Numbered from the whole stretch's first letter, positions 32,023 to 42,806 are shown. The stretch is DNA of 63,738 nt, filler included, from Licmophora abbreviata (GCA_900291995.1; 18 parts of 18 records of this genome joined end to end with filler, not necessarily neighbours in it), one strand, 5' to 3'. Made by a program: numbers and translations. Notes: a model not told the origin generated them from the sequence alone.

Positions 32023-32834
32023 GACGCCTGACATGGTTCAACGCCACCTCGCTGACCTTCGGCTTTGCGTTTCTCTATCTGCCAATGGTCCTTTTGGTGA
32101 TCTACAGCTTCAACGAATCCAAGCTGGTGACCGTCTGGGCCGGGTTTTCGACCAAATGGTATGGCGAATTGCTGCGCAACGAGGCGTTTCTGGATGCGGC
32201 CTGGGTCACGATACAGGTGGCGTTCATCAGTTCCACCATCGCCACCATCCTGGGCACGATGGGGGCCTATGTGATCGTGCGGGCGGGGCGGTTCACCGGG
32301 CGCACCCTGTTTTCCGGGATGATCTATGCGCCGCTGGTGATGCCCGAGGTGATCACCGGCCTGTCGCTCTTGCTGCTGTTCATCGGGATCGGGCTGGACC
32401 GGGGGATGTTCACCATCATCCTGGCGCATACGACGTTTTCGATGTGCTACGTTTCGGTGGTGGTGTCGTCACGGCTGGTGACGTTCGACCGCTCGCTGGA
32501 AGAGGCGGCGCTTGATCTGGGGTGTTCCCCGATGCAGGCATTCCGGCTGGTGACCCTGCCGATCATCGCGCCTGCGGTGGTGGCGGGCTGGCTGCTGGCG
32601 TTTACGCTGTCGCTGGATGATCTGGTGATCGCGTCGTTCACCGCTGGCCCATCGGCCACCACCCTGCCGATCAAGATCTGGTCGTCGATCCGGTTGGGCG
32701 TGTCGCCCGAGATCAACGCCCTGTCGACGCTGCTGATCGCGGTGGTTTCGGTGGGCGTCATCGCGGCGTCGATTGTGACGAAACGATCGGCCCTGCGGCA
32801 AGAGGCCGAAGAGCGCGCCGCCGAACGCACATGA
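32019..32834 (+). CDS. potI: Putrescine ABC transporter permease
   Basis: YSFNESKLVTVW, PLVMPEVITG, LEEAALDLG, SLDDLVI, GVSPEINA. Confidence 0.9.
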   Translation: MRRLTWFNATSLTFGFAFLYLPMVLLVIYSFNESKLVTVWAGFSTKWYGELLRNEAFLDAAWVTIQVAFISSTIATILGTMGAYVIVRAGRFTGRTLFSGMIYAPLVMPEVITGLSLLLLFIGIGLDRGMFTIILAHTTFSMCYVSVVVSSRLVTFDRSLEEAALDLGCSPMQAFRLVTLPIIAPAVVAGWLLAFTLSLDDLVIASFTAGPSATTLPIKIWSSIRLGVSPEINALSTLLIAVVSVGVIAASIVTKRSALRQEAEERAAERT

Positions 32835-33287
32835 TGCGGATATTTCCCAACCATACCTATGGCGAGGGCCCCCGTGCGCGGTGTTATTGGGGTGAAACAG
32901 TCTCTGATCCGGGGTATCCGCAGGCATCCGGCCAAATGCGCTGCGATGTCGCCGTGATCGGCGCGGGGTTTACCGGATTGTCAGCAGCCTTGCACCTGGC
33001 GCAGGCGGGCGCGGATGTGGTGCTGCTCGAGGCGCAGACCCCCGGTTGGGGGGCATCGGGGCGCAATGGCGGGTTTTGCTGCCTTGGCGGGTTCGGCGCA
33101 CCGGATGGGATGATGGCCAGCCTGCATGGCGAAAGCGCACGGCAAGAGGCACGGCGCGCGGAACTGGCCGCCGTCGAGACGGTCGCAGGGCTGATCGACC
33201 GGCTGTCTTTGGAGGTGGACCGCCATTCGCGGGGCGAGACTGTGATGGGCTTCACGCCCAAATCGCTGACCGATTTCGAGACGGGGG
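32831..33287 (+). CDS. FAD-dependent oxidoreductase (PuuB/DAO-like), 3'-truncated
   Basis: DVAVIGAGFTGLSAA, GWGASGRNGG. Confidence 0.85.
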
Positions 33288-33387
33288 NNNNNNNNNNNNN
33301 NNNNNNNNNNNNNNNNNNNNNNNNNNNNNNNTTAATTAATTAANNNNNNNNNNNNNNNNNNNNNNNNNNNNNNNNNNNNNNNNNNNN

Positions 33388-34273
33388 ACGGGCCCACCTG
33401 CGCGCCCGCCGGATCGATCATCGGCTTGCCCCCGCGCAGCACGGCCACATCCGTGGTCGTGCCCCCGATATCGGACACCAGCGCGTGATCGGCCCCGGTC
33501 AGCCAGCGCGCGCCCACGATGCTGGCGGCAGGCCCGCTCAGGATCGTCTCGATCGGGCGCTCTCGGGCCTGATCGGCCGAAATCAGCGCGCCATCGCCAC
33601 GCACCACCATCAAGGGCGCCGCAATACCCAGATCGCGCAACGTGCCTTCGGCCCGGTCGATCAGCCCGGCGATCATCCCGATCAGACGCGCATTCAACAG
33701 TGCGGTCAGCGCCCGTTTCGGCCCGTTCAGCTTGGCCGACAGATGATGCGAACACGACACCGGCTTGCCCGTGACGCGGCGCACGATCTCGGCGGCGCGC
33801 AACTCATGGGCCGGGTTCCGAGTGGCGAACTGGGCCGCCACGGCAAAGGCCGACACATCACGCACCGTCTCTAACCATGCATGAAGTGCTGCTTCATCCA
33901 AAGGCATCGCCTCGGATCCAGCATGGCTGTGCCCACCGGCCAGAACCAGCGCCGGATCGCCTGCCAGCGCCTTGTCCAATCCGTGCCCTTCCAGATCGCT
34001 TGCGCGAAACCCGATATAGATCAGCGCGGCGCGCCCGCCCTGACCCTCGACCAAGGCATTGGTGGCCAGCGTCGTCGACAAGGCGGCAAGCCCGATCCCC
34101 GCAGCCGCCTCGCCACTCTGCTGCAGCACATCGCGGATCGCCCGGCCGATGCCGATCGCCAGATCCTGCCGCGTCGTCAGCGCCTTGGCCTTGGCCACAA
34201 CATCCCGTTCGTCGCGGATCAGCACCGCATCGGTATAGGTTCCCCCGGTATCGACACCCAACAGCAACGCCAT
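33388..34273 (-). CDS. Hydantoinase/oxoprolinase family protein, 3'-truncated
   Basis: GVDTGGTYTD, STTLATNA, LSGPAAS, DIGGTTTD. Confidence 0.9.
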
Positions 34274-34321
34274 GCATCCGTTCCCTCGCCTGCCTGCCGC
34301 CGGTTTAGCGGGTTTTCGGGG

Positions 34322-35371
34322 TCATGCCATCCCGTTTGCGTCACCATCCAGTCGCAGCACCGCCCAACGCGCCGCATCGGCCACCGTCGGGTCGTCATCC
34401 TCGCACAGGGCTTGCGCCACCGGCCTGAGCCCGGGCATCCCGGAATTGCCGATTGCATAAAGCACATTGCGCACGAACCTGTCGCGCCCGATGCGCTTGA
34501 TCGGACTGCCGGAAAACCTTGCGCGAAATGCGGCATCATCCAACTTCGCCAACTCCGCCAGCTTCGGCGCCTTCAGATCGTCGCGCGCATGATACCTGAC
34601 CTCACGCGCCTCTTGGGCGAACTTGTTCCAGGGGCAGACCGCCAGACAATCGTCGCAGCCATAGATGCGATTGCCCATCAAGCCCCGCAACCCAAGATCC
34701 ACCGGCCCCTTATGCTCGATCGTCAGATAGGAAATGCAGCGCCTCGCGTCCAATTGGTAAGGCGCCGGAAACGCATCCGTCGGACAGATATCGAGACAGG
34801 CACGGCACGAGCCGCAATGGTCGATTTCCGCCGGATCAGGCTCGATATCCAAGGTGGTGAAGATCGACCCAATGAAAAACCAACTGCCCAGATCCCGGCT
34901 GACAAGGTTGGTATGCTTTCCCTGCCAGCCAAGCCCCGCCGCCTGGCCAAGCGCCTTTTCCGGCACGGGTGCTGTGTCCACGAACACCTTCACCTCACCG
35001 CCCGCCTCGTCGATCAGCCAACGCGCCAGCCGCTTGAGCCGCTTCTTGACCAGATCGTGATAATCCCGGTTTCTTGCATAGACCGAGACGACTCCCACAT
35101 CCCCTTGGCCCAGACAGGCCAGCGGATCCTCCTCGGGCGTGTAGCTTTCGCCCAGCATCACGATCGTGCGGGCCTCCGGCCACAGGGCCGAAGGATCGCC
35201 GCGCCACGCCGCGCGCTCGGCCAGCCAGCCCATCTGGCCGTGATATCCCTTGTCGAGAAACGCCTTCAGCCGCTCCGGCACATGCCCCACATCCCAGGGC
35301 CGACAGAGCCGCGCCAGATCGAACCCTTCCTCCTGGGCCCGCGCCACCAGCCTGTCTTTCAAACCCGGCAT
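34322..35371 (-). CDS. queG: Epoxyqueuosine reductase
   Basis: [52 protein letters not shown]. Confidence 0.97.
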   Translation of the reverse strand: MPGLKDRLVARAQEEGFDLARLCRPWDVGHVPERLKAFLDKGYHGQMGWLAERAAWRGDPSALWPEARTIVMLGESYTPEEDPLACLGQGDVGVVSVYARNRDYHDLVKKRLKRLARWLIDEAGGEVKVFVDTAPVPEKALGQAAGLGWQGKHTNLVSRDLGSWFFIGSIFTTLDIEPDPAEIDHCGSCRACLDICPTDAFPAPYQLDARRCISYLTIEHKGPVDLGLRGLMGNRIYGCDDCLAVCPWNKFAQEAREVRYHARDDLKAPKLAELAKLDDAAFRARFSGSPIKRIGRDRFVRNVLYAIGNSGMPGLRPVAQALCEDDDPTVADAARWAVLRLDGDANGMA

Positions 35372-35372
35372 G

Positions 35373-35430
35373 GTTTCTTCTGGCCGGAAATATCCTGGAG
35401 GGAGGCCGCAGGCCGGGGGGCAAAGCCCCC
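35373..35430. repeat. Intergenic palindromic (REP-like) element, copy 2
   Basis: Shares the 23-bp left end with 9102 and a near-identical ggggcaaagccccc right end. Confidence 0.75.
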
Positions 35431-35434
35431 TTCT

Positions 35435-36100
35435 TCAGAAATCAAGATCGGCATAATGCGCAGGCGGCGGGAAACCGGGCACCTGATCCGCCAGGATCCC
35501 GCGAAATGCCGGGCGCGACTTGATCTTGGCGTACCAGTCCTTGACCGTCTCGCTCCGGGTCCAATCCACGTCGCTGATATAATCCAGCGCGCTGAAATGC
35601 GCCGCGGCCGCGAAATCCGCCAGCGTCATCGCATCCCCCGCAAGCCAGCGCCGCCGGTCCAGCAGCCATGTCATGTAATCCAGATGATACTTGATCGCCT
35701 TGGCGCCCGCTTTCACGTTGCTGCTGTCGGGAAAACCAAGCCCCATCACCTTCTTGTTCACCCGCTCATAGACCAGTTTCGACGTGACCTCGGAATGGAA
35801 CTTGTCATCGAACCAGCTGATCAGCCGACGCACCTCGTATCGGGCCTCGGGGCTTTTCGGCATCAGGACGGGATCGGGGTATCGTTCTTCCAGATATTCG
35901 CAGATCGCCGCGCTTTCAGCCATGGTCATGCCGTCGATCTTCAGAACCGGCACCTTTCCGGCGGGGTTACGGCGCAGGAAATCAGGGTCCTTCTCCCAAT
36001 AGCGCTCTTCGATCAATTCGCACTCGATCTTCTTTTCCGCAAGGCTCAGACGGACCTTGCGACAAAAAGGGGAAAGGGGAACGTGATAAAGTTTGGCCAT
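35435..36100 (-). CDS. fzlA: Glutathione S-transferase family protein (FzlA-like)
   Basis: LSPFCRKVRL, NPAGKVPVL, KSRPAFR, C-terminal HYADLDF. Confidence 0.88.
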   Translation of the reverse strand: MAKLYHVPLSPFCRKVRLSLAEKKIECELIEERYWEKDPDFLRRNPAGKVPVLKIDGMTMAESAAICEYLEERYPDPVLMPKSPEARYEVRRLISWFDDKFHSEVTSKLVYERVNKKVMGLGFPDSSNVKAGAKAIKYHLDYMTWLLDRRRWLAGDAMTLADFAAAAHFSALDYISDVDWTRSETVKDWYAKIKSRPAFRGILADQVPGFPPPAHYADLDF

Positions 36101-36161
36101 GTCGAAATAGAACCTTGTCAGGCAGCACCTCACCCCTCCATGCCGCGAATGGCCTGGATTT

Positions 36162-36884
36162 TCAATCCTCGAAACAATCCGCGCGCCCATCCCGGTCGAT
36201 CGTTGCCGCCCCGTCGAGGATCGCGGCGGATCGTTTGCGCAGCCAATCCCCCGGGTTCGACGCCGAACGCGCCTTGGGATCGGGCAGAACCGCAGCCAGC
36301 CGCGCCGCCTGAACCGGCGTCAAATCCGAAGGCGGCACGCCGAAATAATGCCGGGCCGCTGCCGCAACCCCGAACACCCCTTCATCGAACTCGGCCACGT
36401 TGAGATAGACCTCGACGATCCGGCGCTTGGGCCACAGCATTTCGACAACCGGCGTGATCGCCGCCTCCAACGCCTTGCGCGGCCAGCTTCGCCCGTGCCA
36501 GAGATAGACGTTCTTGACGACCTGCTGGCTGAGGGTCGAGGCCCCGCGCGCGCCGCCATCCTCGATCGCGGTGCGGATCGCCATCATGTCGAAGCCCCAA
36601 TGCAGGCAGTAATTGGCGTCTTCTGCGGCAACGACCGAACGCGCCATGACGGGCGCCACCGCCTCGAGCGGGACCCAAAGGTGGTCGATCCCCCCAAGAC
36701 GCCGGGCTTCCTGTCCCATGTAGAAGGTGCGCGGCGGGTCGATCACGCGATGGACGGCCACTGTGCCAAGCACGATCAGCACGGCCAAAACGCCCAGCCT
36801 GATGGTCCAACGCCGCAACCATCGCACCGGGCGCGTGCCGGGCGCGGGTTTGCGCGGTGTCCTGGTCGAGCTACGTTTTGCCAT
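36162..36884 (-). CDS. mtgA: Monofunctional peptidoglycan transglycosylase
   Basis: AAEDA, HWGFD, GASTLSQQVVKN, RKALE, EVYLN, LAAVLP. Confidence 0.95.
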   Translation of the reverse strand: MAKRSSTRTPRKPAPGTRPVRWLRRWTIRLGVLAVLIVLGTVAVHRVIDPPRTFYMGQEARRLGGIDHLWVPLEAVAPVMARSVVAAEDANYCLHWGFDMMAIRTAIEDGGARGASTLSQQVVKNVYLWHGRSWPRKALEAAITPVVEMLWPKRRIVEVYLNVAEFDEGVFGVAAAARHYFGVPPSDLTPVQAARLAAVLPDPKARSASNPGDWLRKRSAAILDGAATIDRDGRADCFED

Positions 36885-36954
36885 CCTTCAAGCTATAGAC
36901 AGGACCGCCCCCCGGGGTAAAGCCAAAGGCCGGTGACATGGAGCGCGCGTCCCG

Positions 36955-38043
36955 TCATTCGCCGTCGCAATAGGCGCGGATCGCAAGTTGCACATGGTAA
37001 AGGCTCGAGGCCGGCATCAGGCGCGAGCGCAGCGCGCCTTGCACGTCACGCTGATCGAACCAGCCGCCTGGAACATCCGTTGTCAGATAGTCCAGCCAGA
37101 TGCGCTCCATGATCGCCGAGGGGCTGTCACCGGGGCCAAGGTCATGGCCACGCCAATACACCACCATGGCCGCGCGCAGATATTCCAGTTGCGGCCACAA
37201 TCGGCGGGTGCGGGCAAGTGGCTGGCTGGTATCGGGCAGAAATCCTGAAACGAGTTTTCGGGCCCGGACCGCCCTGAACAGGCGCACGAGGCTAATCCCG
37301 GTGCACCGCCCCGTCACCTGCTCATAGCGGTGCAGCAGATACACCCATTCAGCCATATGCCCCGGCTCGACCGATTGCCGGGGCCATGGCATCGGGGAAA
37401 GATCAGCCTGATGGTATTCCAGAAGCCGGCCATCAGGCTGCAGAAAGACATCGCGCAACAGGCCAAGGCATTCATCGGCAATCGCAAGATGGCGGGGCGC
37501 GCGCGTGACCCTGTAAAGCTCGGTCGCGGCCTCAAAGAGATGCATATGCGGGTTCTGACGGCGCGGCAGGGACTGTGCCGCGTTTTCATGCCAGCCACGC
37601 GGCGCCTTCAGCCGGGCCAGTCCCGCCTCGAGCCTCGGCAGGTCATCGCTGCGCAAACGCCCATGCTGCAGCAGCGCAGATGCCGCCAGCAGCATGAACG
37701 CCAGATCGTAGAGATCATGCGGCGCGGACAGGATCCCAAGCCGATGATCGAAAAGCGCCACCAGATTGCCGTTGCCGGGATCAAAGCCGTGATCCATCGC
37801 GAAACGGAACTGGCGTTCACCCAGATCCAGCAGATCCGCGCGCCCGGCCGAGGCAAAGCAATAGGCCTGCCGCGCCTGAACCCGCAAGCGGCGGTCAATA
37901 TCGCGCAGCGGGCGTCCTGCGTGATCCAACGCCTCCCAACTGACCCCGGTTGCCGGGTCGATCGCCACACCCGACCACAGGGGATAGACTTGGGTTTCCA
38001 GCCAAAGCCGCGGATCATGGACCGTCTTGCGCAGCGCGATCAT
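36955..38043 (-). CDS. AGE-family epimerase/isomerase
   Basis: RLRVQARQAY, LYDLAF, QNPHMHLFEA, EPGHMAEW, RLWPQ, ASSLYH. Confidence 0.88.
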   Translation of the reverse strand: MIALRKTVHDPRLWLETQVYPLWSGVAIDPATGVSWEALDHAGRPLRDIDRRLRVQARQAYCFASAGRADLLDLGERQFRFAMDHGFDPGNGNLVALFDHRLGILSAPHDLYDLAFMLLAASALLQHGRLRSDDLPRLEAGLARLKAPRGWHENAAQSLPRRQNPHMHLFEAATELYRVTRAPRHLAIADECLGLLRDVFLQPDGRLLEYHQADLSPMPWPRQSVEPGHMAEWVYLLHRYEQVTGRCTGISLVRLFRAVRARKLVSGFLPDTSQPLARTRRLWPQLEYLRAAMVVYWRGHDLGPGDSPSAIMERIWLDYLTTDVPGGWFDQRDVQGALRSRLMPASSLYHVQLAIRAYCDGE

Positions 38044-38840
38044 GCCGGTTTCCCCCACCGCATACTGCGTTGCCAGCGTCGCATCCGGCGCATCATCCTG
38101 AGCATGTCGATATGGTAAAGACCGCTGCGCGCGGCCCAATCCGCCGGAGGCTGGCGCGGCGTGGCGATCACCGCCTGCCCCTTACGGATCGGAGCCAAAG
38201 GCAGAAGATCGTCAAGCCCGGTATCATCGCTCGCCCGCATCAGATCGACATCGCCCCGCTCCATCAACATTTCGAGGATCCTGCGATCGAGCAGCGGATC
38301 ATGCAGCCGCCCGTCAAGACCCCGATGCCCCAGATCCTGCCCCAGAAGCGCCCTGCAGCGCGGTCCCGGCTGATAGGGATAGCGCCGGGAGCCGCCATAC
38401 ATGTCGAAACCCGCCAGAATGATCCGCTCGAACCCCAGAGCATGCGCCATCAGAACCGCATAGGTGCCGGTCATCGGCTTGCGATCATGCTGCGCGATCA
38501 GCACCCCGAGCCGCTGCGCAAGATCGTGACTGCGAAAGCCGACCCTGCGATACAGGGACGAAAATCGTCTTTGTCCTGCGCGGGTGACCAAAGGGTTATG
38601 GCTTGTCCAACCCTGCAGATCGTAATCCACCCGGCATTGCCAAAGGGTCGCGAATACGAAAGGTGCGACCCGCGGATCGCCCGCCATGACCGCCAGATCC
38701 ACCCGTCGGCCAAGATAGTGCATCGGCTCGAAAAAGAAGTTGTTGGTGCGCAGGATCGTGTCACTGGTCAGAACGCGCCCCATATCGATGCGAGCGACGG
38801 ACGGCCCGTTTCCGGCGACCACGGCGGTCCGCCCCGTCAT
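38040..38840 (-). CDS. CST-I/CST-II-like (GT42) sialyltransferase
   Basis: VVAGNGPS...RTNNFFFE..YLG and TGTYAVLMAHALGFERIILAGFDMY parallel the Campylobacter Cst-II motifs. Confidence 0.82.
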   Translation of the reverse strand: MTGRTAVVAGNGPSVARIDMGRVLTSDTILRTNNFFFEPMHYLGRRVDLAVMAGDPRVAPFVFATLWQCRVDYDLQGWTSHNPLVTRAGQRRFSSLYRRVGFRSHDLAQRLGVLIAQHDRKPMTGTYAVLMAHALGFERIILAGFDMYGGSRRYPYQPGPRCRALLGQDLGHRGLDGRLHDPLLDRRILEMLMERGDVDLMRASDDTGLDDLLPLAPIRKGQAVIATPRQPPADWAARSGLYHIDMLRMMRRMRRWQRSMRWGKPA

Positions 38841-39901
38841 TGCCGACCCATATGCGCCAAAAGCGCGTCGGCCATCGCGCGCAAGGCGCCCGCACCACCC
38901 GGAAAGGGCAGGATCCAGTCCGCAATCGCCATGATCTCAGGGTGGCTGTCGCTGGGGCAAGCCGAGAGGCCCACCGCCTGCATCACCGCCTTGTCGTTCA
39001 CGTCATTACCGACATAGAGCACCTGTTGCCGGGTCAGCCCTTCAACGCTCAACCAGGCATCCAGAGTACCCAGCTTGTCGTCGATGCCATGCAACGCGGG
39101 AATGGTCAGCTTTTCGGCCCGCCGGGCGACGACCGGATTACGTTCTTTCGACAGGATCAACATGCGCCAATGCCCCGCATCGCGCATCATCGACAGGCCC
39201 AACCCGTCATAGCGCGAGCTGCGCACCGTTTCCTGGCCGGTCTCATCCACCTGAACCCGGTTGTCGGTATGAACCCCGTCGAAATCCATCACCACGGCGC
39301 GCAGGCCACGCAGCCTTGCGGGATCGACCCCGACACGCCCCATCTGCTGCAACATAAGCGCGCATACCTGCAGATCGCGTTCACTGTCGATCTCGATCGG
39401 GGGATGATCCACGGGGCATAGCGCAACCTTGCCGCAAAACCGTTGACCCGCCGCCTCGAACGCATCGGCCTGCACGCAATAGATCGCTCCGCTTTCGCGA
39501 AACGCCGGCTGCATATCCTGCCGGCGCTGGCGCGGATCGGCGGGGGTATGGTTCACCCCTTGCCCCCATCCATCCGCATCCTGCGACCACAAGAAGGAAT
39601 GATCCGCGATCACCGACAGGGCGCAATCGGCACCCTTGTCCTGCATGGATTTGAGACAGTCGTCGATATCGGCGCCAGTGGTGAAGGGCGATGTGCATTG
39701 CAAGAACACCAGCCGGGACAGATCGGGCATGTCCCGCCGCAGGTGCGGCAGCGCGTGCAGCCAGCCGGATTCGGAACTGGCGGTGTCACTGGCCAACGCG
39801 GCGGGCCGGTCGATGATCCGCGCCCCGTAAAGCCGCGCCTCGGTCGCGATGGCGGCATCGTCGGTCGATACATAGACGCGGCCAACCTGCCTGGCCATGC
39901 G
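38837..39901 (-). CDS. Acylneuraminate cytidylyltransferase fused to a KdsC-like HAD phosphatase, 5' end lost in gap
   Basis: VSTDD, RPAALASDTASSE, LQCTSPF, RQRRQD, ESGAIY, EIDSERD, then MDFDGVHTD, YVGNDVND, GGAGALR. Confidence 0.88.
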   Translation of the reverse strand, partial: RMARQVGRVYVSTDDAAIATEARLYGARIIDRPAALASDTASSESGWLHALPHLRRDMPDLSRLVFLQCTSPFTTGADIDDCLKSMQDKGADCALSVIADHSFLWSQDADGWGQGVNHTPADPRQRRQDMQPAFRESGAIYCVQADAFEAAGQRFCGKVALCPVDHPPIEIDSERDLQVCALMLQQMGRVGVDPARLRGLRAVVMDFDGVHTDNRVQVDETGQETVRSSRYDGLGLSMMRDAGHWRMLILSKERNPVVARRAEKLTIPALHGIDDKLGTLDAWLSVEGLTRQQVLYVGNDVNDKAVMQAVGLSACPSDSHPEIMAIADWILPFPGGAGALRAMADALLAHMGRQ

Positions 39902-40001
39902 NNNNNNNNNNNNNNNNNNNNNNNNNNNNNNNNNNNNNNNNNNNNTTAATTAATTAANNNNNNNNNNNNNNNNNNNNNNNNNNNNNNNNNNNNNNNNNNN
40001 N

Positions 40002-40338
40002 GCTGACCGCCCGGACGATGGCACAGGCCCTTTCCAATGCCAGCCTCGGGATCACCTGCACCTCCACCGCCGCGATTGATCTGGTCCGCGAGGGCGTGCC
40101 CGCGATGGTCCATCTGGACTATCCCGACACCGCGCTCGACCCACTGGTGGGACCGATGCGGCGCCTGTTCACGGGAAGCAACCTGATCAAACCTCTGGAT
40201 GATATCCTCAATCTGCGCTTCGATGCCCCGGACCCGGACTGGCTTGCGGACATTTTCTGCGCGCGGGAGCTGGGCCGCGATGTGCTGTCGATGATCGCGG
40301 GCGGCCCGGCGAAAAAGGCCGACAGGATCGGCGCCTGA
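40002..40338 (+). CDS. C-terminal fragment of a putative GT-B glycosyltransferase-like protein
   Basis: ITCTSTAAIDLVREGVP resembles the GT-B donor-binding segment; most of the gene is lost in gap. Confidence 0.45.
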
Positions 40339-40379
40339 CAGGCGCATCCGGGCAAGACCGGCAAATCATCAAGAAAAGA

Positions 40380-40405
40380 TTAATCGGAAGTTATCAACTT
40401 ATTAA
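40380..40405. promoter_or_regulatory. Candidate tandem CtrA-like site upstream of pseB
   Basis: TTAA-N7-TTAT-N7-TTAA in an AT-rich promoter region. Confidence 0.4.
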
Positions 40406-40462
40406 GATTTGGCCCCGATAGTTTCAACAAATGCGTGTAAAATTGGGACTATCGGGTGCCAC

Positions 40463-41473
40463 ATGTTTAACAATAAAAGACTTCTCATAACCGGTGGGAC
40501 CGGGTCTTTCGGACAGCAGTTCATATGCAATGTCCTCGAAAACTACACCCCTTCCGCCGTCGTGATCTATAGCCGCGATGAGTTGAAACAGTTCGAGATG
40601 CAGCAGCGTTTTCCGGGCGAAAGCCGGCTGCGCTATTTCATCGGCGATGTGCGCGATGGCCAGCGCCTGACCGATGCGATGGAGAATGTGGATCTCGTGG
40701 TTCATGCCGCCGCGCTCAAGCAGGTTCCAGCGGCCGAATACAACCCCATGGAATGCGTGCGCACCAATATCTCCGGCGCCGAAAACGTGATCCGGGCCGC
40801 CATCGCGCAGAAGGTCGACAAGGTGGTTGCCCTGTCCACCGACAAGGCCGCGAAGCCCATCAGCCTTTATGGCGCGACCAAGCTGGTTTCGGACAAGCTG
40901 TTCGTCTCGGCCAACAATACCGTCGGCACCAACCGCACCCGTTTTTCCGTGGTGCGCTATGGCAATGTGGTGGGCTCGCGCGGGTCAGTCATCCCCTTTT
41001 TCCACAACATGATCGGCAAAGGGACAAATTTCCTGCCGATCACCGACAACCGGATGACCCGTTTTTGGATCACGCTGGATCAGGGTGTGGATTTCGTCAC
41101 CAAGGCCTTCGAACGCATGTGGGGCGGCGAGATTTTCGTGCCGCGCATTCCAAGCACCCGGATCACCGATCTGGCACAGGCCATGGCCCCCGATCTCGAA
41201 AAGCGCGTCGTCGGCATTCGCCCGGGCGAAAAACTACACGAGGTCATGTGCCCCGAGGAAGACGCCCACCAGACGCTCCGCTTCGACAATTTCTTTTCGA
41301 TCACCCCCGCGATCACGTTCAACAACACCGATGTCGATTTCGCCCGCACCCGGCTGGGTGAAACCGGCAAGCGTGTGGATCCCGAGTTCGAATACAATTC
41401 CGGCAACAACCCGGTTTTCTTGAATCAAGTTGAAATAGAGACGCTTTTGGCCGCAACCGGTTTCGGACGATGA
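40463..41473 (+). CDS. pseB: UDP-N-acetylglucosamine 4,6-dehydratase (inverting)
   Basis: TGGTGSFG, SRDELKQ, HAAALKQVPAAEYNP, STDKA, RYGNVVGSRGSV, GIRPGEKLHE. Confidence 0.93.
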   Translation: MFNNKRLLITGGTGSFGQQFICNVLENYTPSAVVIYSRDELKQFEMQQRFPGESRLRYFIGDVRDGQRLTDAMENVDLVVHAAALKQVPAAEYNPMECVRTNISGAENVIRAAIAQKVDKVVALSTDKAAKPISLYGATKLVSDKLFVSANNTVGTNRTRFSVVRYGNVVGSRGSVIPFFHNMIGKGTNFLPITDNRMTRFWITLDQGVDFVTKAFERMWGGEIFVPRIPSTRITDLAQAMAPDLEKRVVGIRPGEKLHEVMCPEEDAHQTLRFDNFFSITPAITFNNTDVDFARTRLGETGKRVDPEFEYNSGNNPVFLNQVEIETLLAATGFGR

Positions 41474-42708
41474 TCCCCTATGGGCGCCAATGGATCAGCC
41501 CCGAGGATGTCGCAAGCGTGGTCGATATCCTCATCTCGGATCACCTGACCCAGGGGCCCGCAATCCCGCGCTTCGAACAAACCCTGCGCAGCGCCTGCGC
41601 GGCGCCCCATGCCGTCGCGGTCAACAGCGCCACCTCCGGGTTGCATATCGCCTGTCTCGCCCTTGGGCTTGAGACCGGCAAACGGCTCTGGACCTCGCCC
41701 AACAGTTTCGTGGCCTCGGCCAATGTCGCCCGTCTTTGTGGCGCCGAGGTTGATTTCGTGGATATCGNNNNNNNNNNNNNNNNNNNNNNNNNNNNNNNNN
41801 NNNNNNNNNNNTTAATTAATTAANNNNNNNNNNNNNNNNNNNNNNNNNNNNNNNNNNNNNNNNNNNNCAAACTGCATGTCGCCCGTCGCAAGAGCCGTCT
41901 GCCGCATATCGTGATGCCCGTGCATTTCGGAGGACAATCCTGCGACATGCCAGCGATCCACACCCTCGCGGCCGAGTTCGGTTTTCACGTGATCGAAGAC
42001 GCGTCCCACGCGATCGGCGCGCTGCATGACGGGGCACCCGTGGGCGATTGCCGCTATTCGGACGCCTGCGTGTTTTCATTCCACCCAGTCAAGATCGTTA
42101 CCACGGGCGAGGGCGGCGCCGTGACCACCCGCGACGACCGGCTTGCCGCGAAACTGGACAGGCTGCGCAGCCACGGGATCACCCGCAACCCCGCCCTGAT
42201 GACACGGGACACGGATGGCCCTTGGTATTACCAACAGCTCGATCTTGGCCTGAATTACCGCATGACCGACATGCAAGCCGCCCTTGGCACCAGTCAGATG
42301 ACGCGGCTCGAGCCGTTCATCGCTCTGCGCCACGGCCTTGCCCGGCGCTATGACAGGGCGCTGGCCGATCTGCCGCTGCGCCGCCAGCAGCGCCCTGTCG
42401 CGGATCGCTCGGCGCTGCATCTCTATCCGGTTCAGCTTGACCCGTCCCTGCCAGACCGCGCCCGCCTGCGCCGGCGCCTTTTCGACCATTTGCGCAGCCA
42501 CGGAATCGGCGTGAACGTGCATTACATCCCGATCCATACACAGCCCTATTACCGCGCGCTCGGTTTCACGCCCGGCCAATTTCCCGTGGCCGAGGCTTAT
42601 TACGACGGCGCCTTGTCGCTGCCGCTGCACCCGCAAATGTCCGATGCCGATCAATCCGCCGTGATCGAGAGCCTAAGATCCGGCCTGACATCTCTGGGCC
42701 TGATCTGA
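41470..42708 (+). CDS. pseC: UDP-4-amino-4,6-dideoxy-N-acetyl-altrosamine transaminase, split by linker
   Basis: MIPYGRQ, LTQGP, NSATSGLH, then EDASHAIG, FSFHPVK, LGLNYRMTD. Confidence 0.9.
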
Positions 42709-42806
42709 AACCGCGCCACGCAACGCCTGCGCACGGTGCACTCACCATTTGTCAGGGAATTGGACTCAGGGTCTGACGCAGCAGCAACCTGATCCGAGAG
42801 ACCAGC

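Noticed and set aside
33881..36403. 840-aa plus-strand ORF and other long antisense ORFs (28807-30993, 7563-9290, 60951-62636, 15818-17344)
   Set aside because: Shadow frames opposite well-supported genes in GC-rich DNA; no recognisable motifs
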